From the NCBI GenBank assembly GCA_017463425.1, contig JAFTPE010000014.1, forward strand, positions 29,325-93,324: a stretch of 64,000 nucleotides of DNA. The letters run 5' to 3'. The stretch's first letter is position 1. Every line of letters begins with the position of its first letter. The position numbers and the translations under genes are program-made. Positions 39,501 to 47,808 of this stretch are shown here, in pieces. The stretch is from Clostridia bacterium. GTDB lineage: Bacteria > Bacillota > Clostridia > Christensenellales > Borkfalkiaceae. A model generated the notes under the pieces. It had not been told where the DNA came from. It saw only the letters and a program-made list of their open reading frames with translations, and did no database searches.

Positions 39501-42500
39501 TTGGATTTAAAGGAAATACAACTCAACGGATTCAAATCGTTTGCCGATAAGACGACGGTTCGGTTTGAACAGGGCGTAACCTGTATTGTCGGCCCGAACG
39601 GTTGCGGTAAGAGCAACGTAGCCGACGCGGTTCGCTGGGTGCTTGGCGAAACCTCCGCGCGTTCGTTGCGCGGTACGAATATGCAAGACGTTATTTTCGG
39701 CGGTACGGTGGATAGAAAACCCCAATCGTACAGCGAAGTAACCTTGATATTCAACAACGAAAACAATATTTTCCCCGATATGGACACACCCGAGGTGGCA
39801 ATGACTCGCCGACTCGATCGTTCAGGTGAGAGTAAATATCTCATCAACGGACAACCCAGCCGCCAAAAGGATATGGTGGCGCTTTTCCATGGCATTGGGC
39901 TTGGTAAAGAGGGGTATTCGATTATCGGACAAGGCAAAGTGGAAGAAATTATGAACGCCCGCCCCGAGGACAGACGCGTTATCTTTGAAGAGGCATTGGG
40001 CTTGATGATTTTCAAAAAGAGAAAACAGGAAATCGAGCGTAAAATCGACGATTCCAAAGACAATTTATACGTGTATCGTCAACGTATCGACGAGGCGGAA
40101 CGCCGTTTAGGGCCTTTGAGCAAACAAGCCGAGGCGGCGAAAGAATATCACGAGTATTCCGAATCGCTGAAAATTAACGAGGCGAATACGTACATATACC
40201 GTTATGAGAACGCCGAAAATGAAAAGAGCAAGTTTAAAAAGGACATTGCAACCATTTCGGATAAAATCATTTCCCTTAACACGCAAATCGAGCGTATCAA
40301 CCGCAAGTTGGAAGAAAACCGCGAAAAAATCAACGTCGCGGACAACCGCTTGACACAGCTCAACGACCGCCGTGTGGAACTCTCCGTCGGCAACGAAAGA
40401 AAGGACGGCGAATTGAAACTCGTGCGAGAACGTATCAAAACCTACCGTTCGCAAATTGTAGCGGCTGTGGATGCGTTGGCTGCCAGCAAAACGCGTATTG
40501 GCGAAATTGACGACGAAACCGCAATTGTTACGCGTAAAAATACCGAGGCGAATAAACGCGTTTTAGAATTGGATACGCAATTAGAAGTGCTTCGTTCGGC
40601 GGTTTCTGCGCTCGATAAAAAAATCGAAGTGTTTGAAAAACTTTCCGACGAGAGCCGCTCTAATCAACTTTCCGAGGCGGACAGCCTTTCCGAATTAAAG
40701 GAAAAATTGGGTACGCTTGCGGCGCGTATGGAAGCGACGAAAAACCGTATTGAAGAACTCAGCGTCGCCTTAAAAAAAGCAGAAGAAAGGAAAGAACGTC
40801 TTACGGACGATTTAAACGCAGTGCGCAAAGATATGCGGAACCTGAAAGATATGTCGTCCGAAGGCATGCGTGAATTTGAAGAACGCCAGGAAGAAGCGCG
40901 CGAAATGCAGCTGGCTGTAAACGACTTGAATCAAGATTTGTTCAATTCCAACGGTCAACTTGCGTCTTTGCGCGAAAACCTTGAAATGTATATCAGTTTA
41001 AAAAACCGTTTCGAGGGATATAAAGAATCGGTTAGAAGATTGTTGTCTTTGTCTAAGACAAATCAAGATCTGGGCAAACATTTGCACGGCGCGCTTGCGG
41101 ATATCGTATCCACCGACCAACGTTATGAAAAAGCAATCGAAACGGCGTTTGGCGGCGCAATGCAAAATATCGTTACGCCGACGGCAGACGACGCGAGATA
41201 TCTTATCGAATATTTAAAACGCTCGAACGGCGGTATCGTTACGTTCCTGCCCGTATCGAATATGCGTCCCCGTCCCGATTCCCGTGAAATCCAACGCGCT
41301 TTGGACGAACGCGGCGCAATGGGGTTGGCTACGCAACTCGTTAAATACGACGATTATTATTATAACGTTATTTCCAACCTTCTTGGCAACACCTTGATTT
41401 GCGATACAATCGCAAACGCAACGGCGATAGCTAAGAAATACGGAAACCTGTTTAAAATCGTAACCTTAGACGGCGACATCGTTTCGACGAGTGGCGCAAT
41501 GACGGGCGGTTCGAGCGGTAAAAATTCTGGTTCGCTCCTTTCTAACGAACGTAAAATTCAAGAATGTCAAGAAAATATCGTTCGTAAACAAAAATATATC
41601 GAAAAACTCAAAGTCATGATTGCGCAGCACGAACGCGAACGCAAAGCCGCGGAAGAGGCTGTGGAACAGTTGCGTGAAAAATATCAAGGCGCAACCAGCG
41701 AGATTGCAGGGCTTACCCAACGTGAAACCGCGCTCACGCAACAAATTGCGGAGGCGGAAAGCGATATCGCAACGTACGGTGAGGCGTTGTCGGAATTGCA
41801 ACGCAAATTTAAAGAGCTTAAGGAAGAAGAAGAAAATTCTTCGCTTAGCGAAGAGCAGTTAAAAGAACGTCGCCTTTCTGCTGCGAAAGAAATGGAAACG
41901 CAGCGTAGTCAATGCGAACAGTTTAAGGAAGAACGCGCGGAAAAGAGCAAACAACTTCGGGAAATGGAACTCGAATACGCAGAGCTTAACGCCGATATTA
42001 AAAAGCAAACGGAAACCATCGAACGTATTTCTGCGGAAAAAGAAGAGTTGGTTAAACGTATCCTTGAAATGGAACAATCGAAAGACGAGGCGCAAATCAA
42101 GTTGGACGAGCTGGAAGACGAGGCGCAAGAAAAAGAATTGACGGAAGAAGAAAAACAGGCAGTTCAAGAAATCATGGACGAAATTAGCGAACTGACCAAA
42201 GAAAAGGAAACCGTCAATGCCAGCAACCTCGCTTTGGAAGAAGAAAAGACGGAATTGCAAGCCACGCTGACGAAAAGCAGCGACAAACGTTATAAATGTG
42301 AAATTGAAATCAGTAAAATCGACACCAACCTTGAAAATATGCGTTTGCGTATGGAAGAGGCGTACGCGCTCGATTACGAGGGCTGTTTGGCATTTAGAAA
42401 AGACGATTTCAACGTAGAAGAAGCGGCAACGCTGATTTCGGCATTGAAACGGAAAATTACAATGCTCGGCGCGGTCAATCCCAACGCTATTGAAGAATAC

Positions 42501-43100
42501 GAATATGAAAAAACGCATTGCGACGAAATGGTAACCCAACGCGACGATTTGCAAAAGGCAATCGACGATTTGCAGGCGGCTTTGGACGAAATCCGTGGTG
42601 AAATGTTGCGTATTTTCAACGAGGGATTTGACCAAATCAACGAGAATTTCAAAATCACGTTCAAAGAATTGTTTGGCGGTGGTAAAGCAGAACTTCAAAT
42701 CGATTACGAGGACGAGGAAGACCCGCTTAATGCCGGCGTGGAAATTGAGGCTTGCCCTCCGGGTAAAAAACTGACTAAGATATCCTTGTTGTCAGGCGGT
42801 GAACGCGCGTTGACGGCGATTGCGATTTTGTTTGCAATCCTCAAATCCCGTCCTATGCCGTTCTGTATCCTTGACGAAATCGAGGCTGCTTTGGACGACG
42901 CGAACGTGGATAGATTTGCATCGTATTTGAAACGTTTCTCCGAAGAAACACAGTTTATCGTTATCACGCACAGAAAACCGACGATGAACCAAGCAGACAC
43001 CCTCTTTGGGGTAACTATGCAGGAAAAAGGCGTTTCCAAAATCGTATCTGTGAAGTTGGCGGAGGTGGAGAGTCGGCTCGGCGCAGGCACAGTAGAGTAA
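39501..43100 (+). CDS. smc: Chromosome partition protein Smc
   Basis: 1199 aa. N-terminal FKSF...GPNGCGKSN, long coiled coils with a central hinge, C-terminal LSGGERALTAIAILFAI and Walker B ILDEIEAALD. TTG start after AAGGAG. Confidence 0.95.
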   Translation: MDLKEIQLNGFKSFADKTTVRFEQGVTCIVGPNGCGKSNVADAVRWVLGETSARSLRGTNMQDVIFGGTVDRKPQSYSEVTLIFNNENNIFPDMDTPEVAMTRRLDRSGESKYLINGQPSRQKDMVALFHGIGLGKEGYSIIGQGKVEEIMNARPEDRRVIFEEALGLMIFKKRKQEIERKIDDSKDNLYVYRQRIDEAERRLGPLSKQAEAAKEYHEYSESLKINEANTYIYRYENAENEKSKFKKDIATISDKIISLNTQIERINRKLEENREKINVADNRLTQLNDRRVELSVGNERKDGELKLVRERIKTYRSQIVAAVDALAASKTRIGEIDDETAIVTRKNTEANKRVLELDTQLEVLRSAVSALDKKIEVFEKLSDESRSNQLSEADSLSELKEKLGTLAARMEATKNRIEELSVALKKAEERKERLTDDLNAVRKDMRNLKDMSSEGMREFEERQEEAREMQLAVNDLNQDLFNSNGQLASLRENLEMYISLKNRFEGYKESVRRLLSLSKTNQDLGKHLHGALADIVSTDQRYEKAIETAFGGAMQNIVTPTADDARYLIEYLKRSNGGIVTFLPVSNMRPRPDSREIQRALDERGAMGLATQLVKYDDYYYNVISNLLGNTLICDTIANATAIAKKYGNLFKIVTLDGDIVSTSGAMTGGSSGKNSGSLLSNERKIQECQENIVRKQKYIEKLKVMIAQHERERKAAEEAVEQLREKYQGATSEIAGLTQRETALTQQIAEAESDIATYGEALSELQRKFKELKEEEENSSLSEEQLKERRLSAAKEMETQRSQCEQFKEERAEKSKQLREMELEYAELNADIKKQTETIERISAEKEELVKRILEMEQSKDEAQIKLDELEDEAQEKELTEEEKQAVQEIMDEISELTKEKETVNASNLALEEEKTELQATLTKSSDKRYKCEIEISKIDTNLENMRLRMEEAYALDYEGCLAFRKDDFNVEEAATLISALKRKITMLGAVNPNAIEEYEYEKTHCDEMVTQRDDLQKAIDDLQAALDEIRGEMLRIFNEGFDQINENFKITFKELFGGGKAELQIDYEDEEDPLNAGVEIEACPPGKKLTKISLLSGGERALTAIAILFAILKSRPMPFCILDEIEAALDDANVDRFASYLKRFSEETQFIVITHRKPTMNQADTLFGVTMQEKGVSKIVSVKLAEVESRLGAGTVE

Positions 43101-43104
43101 AAAA

Positions 43105-43142
43105 GCGTATATACTTCGCAATACTTTGTCGGACTTGCGTTT
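43105..43142 (+). repeat. Stop-proximal box GCGTATATACTTCGCAATACTTTGTC (copy after smc), heading a ~200-bp repeat-laden spacer
   Basis: 26/26 identical to 63714-63739. Starts 4 nt after the smc TAA. Followed by internal direct repeats CTTGCTCGT(G/A)T..TACAC and the GTGTAC/GTACAC hairpin. Confidence 0.7.
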
Positions 43143-43294
43143 TTCCTTGCTCGTGTACGTTTTGTACACTCCCGTCGGAAAAGCCGCGTCCTTCGCGTCT
43201 TGCTCGTATCTACACTTTTTTACTTCGGTGTATTGAGGCGTGCGATAAAATGATATAGGCAACCTGCCGCACTCTCCGCCGTTTTACGTCGCTT

Positions 43295-43385
43295 GGAATG
43301 GTTTTCTGTCATACCGAGCGAGCGTTAGCGAGTCGAGCGTATCCCATCAATAAAGCGGTGTAGGGAACGGTCTTGACCGTTCCGT
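43295..43385. repeat. Composite hairpin repeat, copy 3
   Basis: GGAATGGTTTT, then TGTCATACCGAGCGAGCGTTAGCGAGTCGAGCGTATCC, then GTAGGGAACGGTCTTGACCGTTCCG (stem GGAACGG/CCGTTCC). Confidence 0.75.
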
Positions 43386-43465
43386 AATTAATACAAACAA
43401 CAACCAACACGGCGGAGCAGCTCGTCTTCGCCGTTTAAACTATCAATAGAAAACGAGGCAACATT

Positions 43466-44362
43466 ATGGGTATATTTAACAAATTATTCGGCGCGTTGAA
43501 GAAATCGAAAGACAATTTTTCCGAAAAACTTCGCGTTCTGTTTTCCAAAAATAAATTAGGGGACGAATTTTATGAAGAATTAGAAGAAATCCTTATTTCT
43601 TCGGACGTTTCCGTAACCACGGCGCAAGAAGTGGTAGAGAGGGTAAAAGAAAAAGCGATTGAGGGCAGAATGAAAGACGAAGAATACGTAACGGGGCTTC
43701 TGCGCGGTACGCTTACCGAAATGCTGGAAGAATCCGAAGTAGAACCTCCTTCATATCCTTGTGTGATAATGCTGGTTGGGGTAAACGGCGTGGGAAAAAC
43801 CACGACGGTGGGGAAATTGGCGCATTATTTTCTTTCCCAAGGAAAAACGGTAACGGTAGCGGCGGCGGATACTTTCCGCGCAGCGGCAAGCGAACAGCTT
43901 TCTGTTTGGGCAGACCGCGCGAAGGTGCGTATCGTCAAACACGAAGAAGGGAGCGACCCGTCCGCTGTCATTTACGACGCAGTTTCCTCGGCGAAAGCGA
44001 AAGGTACGGACGTCGTTATCGTCGATACGGCAGGTAGATTGCACGTGAAAGAAAATTTGATGAACGAACTTCGTAAAATGGATCGCGTCGTTACGCGCGA
44101 ATATCCAGAGGCGGATTTTTTAAAACTTCTCGTTTTAGACGCGACGACGGGACAAAACGCCGTCAATCAAGCGCGCGTATTCGACGAGGCGGTTGAATTG
44201 GACGGAATCGTTTTAACCAAATTAGACGGAACGGCAAAAGGCGGTTTTGTATTTTCTCTTTCGTCGGAATTGTCCTTGCCTGTTATATTTGCAGGCGTTG
44301 GAGAAAAAATGGACGATTTGGAAATGTTTGACAGCAAATCTTTTGTTGAGGCAATTTTGTAA
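43466..44362 (+). CDS. ftsY: Signal recognition particle receptor FtsY (short form, NG domain only)
   Basis: GVNGVGKTTT, DTAGR and TKLDGTAKGG SRP-GTPase motifs; 298 aa. Confidence 0.95.
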   Translation: MGIFNKLFGALKKSKDNFSEKLRVLFSKNKLGDEFYEELEEILISSDVSVTTAQEVVERVKEKAIEGRMKDEEYVTGLLRGTLTEMLEESEVEPPSYPCVIMLVGVNGVGKTTTVGKLAHYFLSQGKTVTVAAADTFRAAASEQLSVWADRAKVRIVKHEEGSDPSAVIYDAVSSAKAKGTDVVIVDTAGRLHVKENLMNELRKMDRVVTREYPEADFLKLLVLDATTGQNAVNQARVFDEAVELDGIVLTKLDGTAKGGFVFSLSSELSLPVIFAGVGEKMDDLEMFDSKSFVEAIL

Positions 44363-44413
44363 AAATTTATCAAACCACCCATACAGGTATGCGTTGAACG
44401 CAAAAGGAACGGT

Positions 44414-45079
44414 ATGAAAATAGATATTTTAACCCTCTTCCCCGAAATGTTTTCGGCAATGCAAGAGAGTATTTTAGGCAGAGCGCAACGCGCAGGAAAA
44501 ATTAAAATCAACGTCATTAATCTTCGCGATTATACGGACGACAAGCATTTAAAATGCGACGATTATCCGTTCGGCGGTGGTGCGGGTATGGTCATGATGG
44601 CACAACCTATCGGCAGCGCAATAGAGGCGCTCGACCCTCAGCATACGGCAAGACGAATTTATATGTCCCCCAAAGGTCAGGTATTCAAACAGCAAAAGGT
44701 GTTTGAATTGTTAGAATACGAGCATTTGATTTTGCTTTGCGGTCATTACGAGGGGGTTGACCAACGCGCGATTGATTTGTTTATCGACGAGGAAATATCG
44801 ATAGGAGATTACGTTTTGACGGGCGGAGAATTGCCTGCTATGGTCGTTGCCGATTGCGTATCGAGATACGTGGACGGCGTTATCAGCAATTCGTCTTTGG
44901 TAGACGAGAGTTTTTCGGAAAATCTTCTCGAATATCCGCAATACACCCGTCCGCAGCAATATCGCGGCTTGACCGTACCCGAAGTGCTGCGTAGCGGTGA
45001 CCACGCAAAAATCGATCAATGGCGCAGAGAACAAGCGATTGCCATCACGAAGAAAAATCGACCTGAATTGTTGGACTGA
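44414..45079 (+). CDS. trmD: tRNA (guanine37-N1)-methyltransferase TrmD
   Basis: MKIDILTLFPEMF.., DDYPFGGGAGMVM, CGHYEGVDQR, and a SPOUT knot motif (IGDYVLTGGELPAM). Confidence 0.95.
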   Translation: MKIDILTLFPEMFSAMQESILGRAQRAGKIKINVINLRDYTDDKHLKCDDYPFGGGAGMVMMAQPIGSAIEALDPQHTARRIYMSPKGQVFKQQKVFELLEYEHLILLCGHYEGVDQRAIDLFIDEEISIGDYVLTGGELPAMVVADCVSRYVDGVISNSSLVDESFSENLLEYPQYTRPQQYRGLTVPEVLRSGDHAKIDQWRREQAIAITKKNRPELLD

Positions 45080-45206
45080 TAGAGAAAGGCATCAAGGGGC
45101 ATAGCCTTTCGTAAAAGAAAGCCCCCTGACAGCAAAACGTGGTTTTACGTCATTACCGCGTCAGCGGTTTATATGAAATATACATTATTAAAAAGGATAA
45201 AAGATA

Positions 45207-45878
45207 ATGAGTTTAGAGAATGATAAAATGAAAGGTGTTATTTATATATTAACAAATCCTTCTTTTCCTAATTTTGTAAAAATAGGCTATGCTGATGATG
45301 TGGAGAGAAGATTGCAAGAACTTAATCGCAGTGAATGTGTGCCATATTCATTTAGAGTATATGCGACCTATAAAGTCAATAAAAGATTGTCAGATAAAAG
45401 TATTCACGCTATTATAGATAAATTAAATCCCAATTTAAGGGCAATAGAAGTTGTAAAAGGGAAAGAGCGTAAACGTGAATTTTATGCGATGTCTGCGGAA
45501 GATGCTTTTTCAATTTTAGAAGCTATTGCAGAAATCCACGGTTGTATAGATAGATTGAAACGTATTGAGCCTGATGAAGTAGAAAAAAATGAAGCAAAAG
45601 AAGCGGAAGAAATAGAACAAGAGAGTAAAGCTCGTTCTAATAATTTTACTTTTTCCGAATGGCATATTCCAATGGGAGCAATTTTACATTTTCGTGATGA
45701 TGATTCTATTACTTGTAAGGTAGTAGATGAACGTAGGGTTGAATATGAGGGGGAAAAAATGTATCTTACTGGACTTGCTCGAAAATTGCTGAATACAGAG
45801 AATAGGGGGATTTGCGGACCTCATTATTTTAGATATAAAGGCGCAAAACTTTGGGATATAAACAACAGAAAGGAATAA
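45207..45878 (+). CDS. T5orf172/MUG113 (GIY-YIG-superfamily) domain protein with a DUF4357-like C-terminal domain
   Basis: GVIYILTNPSFPNFVKIGYADDVERRLQELN...VPYSFRVY matches the T5orf172 pattern. An acidic linker follows, then a C-terminal FTFSEWHIPMGAILHF...YEGEKMYLTGLARKLL module. Markedly AT-rich versus the flanks. Confidence 0.7.
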   Translation: MSLENDKMKGVIYILTNPSFPNFVKIGYADDVERRLQELNRSECVPYSFRVYATYKVNKRLSDKSIHAIIDKLNPNLRAIEVVKGKERKREFYAMSAEDAFSILEAIAEIHGCIDRLKRIEPDEVEKNEAKEAEEIEQESKARSNNFTFSEWHIPMGAILHFRDDDSITCKVVDERRVEYEGEKMYLTGLARKLLNTENRGICGPHYFRYKGAKLWDINNRKE

Positions 45879-45883
45879 ACAAA

Positions 45884-46741
45884 ATGAAAAATATACAATG
45901 GTTTCCCGGACATATGACGAAAGCAATGCGCGATATGGAAGCGAAACGCGATTTATGCGACGGCGTAATTTGCGTATTGGACGCGCGCGCGCCGATTGCA
46001 ACCGTTAATAAAAATTTAAAAAAAATCTTTGGCGAAAAACCCATTTTATACGTTTTAAACAAAGCTGACCTTGCCGACGGCAAAGCCGACGCGTTTTTAA
46101 AATATTTTGAAAGTAAAGGTAAATATTGCGTAAAATGCGATTCGACGAATATTTCCACCAAACGTATTTTATTGCAACGTTTGAATGCAATCACGGAAGA
46201 AAAACGCGCTCGCGCGCAAGCAAAAGGCTTAAATCGTACTTTTCGGTTTATGGTCGCAGGGATTCCCAACACGGGCAAGAGTACGCTTGTCAATTTGCTC
46301 AGCGGACAAAAACGCGCAAAAACGGGGGATAAAGCAGGGGTTACGCGCGACGTAAGATGGCTCAAATGCGGCGCGTTCGATTTGTTGGATACACCGGGTA
46401 CAATGCCGCCCTCGTTCGATAATCAGTATCACGCGCGCCACCTTGCGTATATCGGCAGTATCAACGACGACATTTTGGATATGGACGATATCGCGTTAGA
46501 ACTTCTTGGCGAACTCGCGGAAAAATATCCGCAGTATTTGACCGAACGCTACGGCATTACCGATTTTTCCGAAAAATTAGGTATGTACGAAGCGCTTTGT
46601 AAACGTCGCGGATTTATTTTGCGCGGTGGCGAATTTGATTACGAACGCGGCGCAAAGGCTTTGATTGACGATTTCAGAAAAGGCAGGATTGGCAAAATTT
46701 GTTTGGAAGATGCAGCCGATTATACCGATTTTGAATTTTAA
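45884..46741 (+). CDS. rbgA: Ribosome biogenesis GTPase A (YlqF/RbgA)
   Basis: ATG 45884 gives MKNIQWFPGHMTKA, the family N-terminus. Circularly permuted GTPase motifs (NKADL, GIPNTGKST, DTPG). Confidence 0.92.
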   Translation: MKNIQWFPGHMTKAMRDMEAKRDLCDGVICVLDARAPIATVNKNLKKIFGEKPILYVLNKADLADGKADAFLKYFESKGKYCVKCDSTNISTKRILLQRLNAITEEKRARAQAKGLNRTFRFMVAGIPNTGKSTLVNLLSGQKRAKTGDKAGVTRDVRWLKCGAFDLLDTPGTMPPSFDNQYHARHLAYIGSINDDILDMDDIALELLGELAEKYPQYLTERYGITDFSEKLGMYEALCKRRGFILRGGEFDYERGAKALIDDFRKGRIGKICLEDAADYTDFEF

Positions 46742-46759
46742 TAAAGGAAAAACGAAGGA

Positions 46760-47380
46760 ATGAAAAAAGTTTGGAATGCGGAAGAAAAATTGCAGTACGA
46801 GCGCGCGTTGCAGACAAAGGGATATCGCTTGATTGCTGGTGTGGACGAAGTAGGTAGAGGCCCGTTGGCAGGGCCTGTCGTTTGCGCGGCGGTGATTATG
46901 CCTTTGGACGAAACGCAGCTTATCTTGGGCGTGGACGATAGTAAGAAATTGTCCGAAAAAAAGAGAGAGGGATTGGCGGAAGAAATTAAAAAACGTGCGC
47001 TGTGTTATACGATTGTGGAAATTGATGAAAAGAAAATTGACGAAATCAACATTTTAGAAGCGACGAGATTGGGTATGAAACAAGCGATTGAGGGACTGAG
47101 TCAAACTCCTGAAATGGTGTTGACGGACGGAAATATGACGTTGGATATCGCAATTTCTCAAACCAGCGTCATTCACGGCGACGCGCTTTCCTATTCGATT
47201 GGCGCGGCGAGCATTATCGCAAAAGTGTATCGGGATCATTTGATGGACGAATACGCAAAAACGTATCCGCAGTACGGGTTTGAGAAGAACAAAGGTTACG
47301 GCACGGCGGCGCATATCAACGGAATAAAGGAGCATGGCTTATGTCCTATTCATCGCAGGACGTTCACAAAAAAGTTTTAG
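46760..47380 (+). CDS. rnhB: Ribonuclease HII
   Basis: AGVDEVGRGPLAGPVV and DDSKKL catalytic motifs; 206 aa. Confidence 0.95.
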   Translation: MKKVWNAEEKLQYERALQTKGYRLIAGVDEVGRGPLAGPVVCAAVIMPLDETQLILGVDDSKKLSEKKREGLAEEIKKRALCYTIVEIDEKKIDEINILEATRLGMKQAIEGLSQTPEMVLTDGNMTLDIAISQTSVIHGDALSYSIGAASIIAKVYRDHLMDEYAKTYPQYGFEKNKGYGTAAHINGIKEHGLCPIHRRTFTKKF

Positions 47381-47700
47381 GTAAAAAAGGCGAACGGCTA
47401 GTAGAAGAATATTTAAAATCACAGGGCTGTAAAATTTTGAAACGCAATTTTCGTACGCCGTTTGGAGAAGCGGATTTGATTGTGGAAGATAAAGGCGAGA
47501 TTGTGTTTGTCGAAGTGAAAACCCGTTCGTCCACTTTTTACGGCTTACCCCGTGAGGCGGTGGGGAAAGAAAAGCAAAAGCGGTACGTTAAAATTGCCCA
47601 AACGTATTGGTTGAAAACGGGTAAAGAACCCAACGCGAGGTTTGACGTTGCCGAGGTGTATGCGGACGGAAAAATTGAATATTTAAAAAACGCATTTTGA
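47341..47700 (+). CDS. yraN: YraN-family (UPF0102) endonuclease-like protein
   Basis: GxxGExxxxxYL...GExDLIxxDxxxIVFVEVKTR pattern. AAGGAG lies 8 nt before ATG 47341. No alternative in-frame start exists downstream, so the 40-nt overlap with rnhB appears real. Confidence 0.85.
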   Translation: MSYSSQDVHKKVLGKKGERLVEEYLKSQGCKILKRNFRTPFGEADLIVEDKGEIVFVEVKTRSSTFYGLPREAVGKEKQKRYVKIAQTYWLKTGKEPNARFDVAEVYADGKIEYLKNAF

Positions 47701-47722
47701 TTTTAGACGATAAAAACCGTCT

Positions 47723-47767
47723 TTCGACAAAAGGCGTTTTTTCTTTTTACGCCGATTGTGGTATAAT
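47723..47767 (+). promoter_or_regulatory. spoIIGA promoter region: Spo0A-box candidate plus extended -10
   Basis: TTCGACA (47723-47729) is the reverse complement of the 0A-box consensus TGTCGAA. TGgTATAAT lies at 47759-47767. The spoIIG operon is Spo0A-activated in Bacillus. Confidence 0.45.
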
Positions 47768-47808
47768 AGGCTCAATCGCAGGCAGAAAAAGGGATTGAGG
47801 CTTTTTTT

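Noticed and set aside
41859-42698. 279-aa minus-strand ORF; similar ORFs at 39272-40063, 37521-38117, 36272-36787, 15602-16402 and 51686-52558
   Set aside because: All are antisense to confidently identified genes (smc, rnc/smc, plsX, asnS, scfB, the LRR lipoprotein). All have F/R/L-rich nonsense composition. They are treated as non-coding shadows.
43101-43306. CRISPR-like array in the smc-ftsY spacer
   Set aside because: The direct repeats are short, imperfect and irregularly spaced. There are no spacer-sized unique units and no cas genes in the window.
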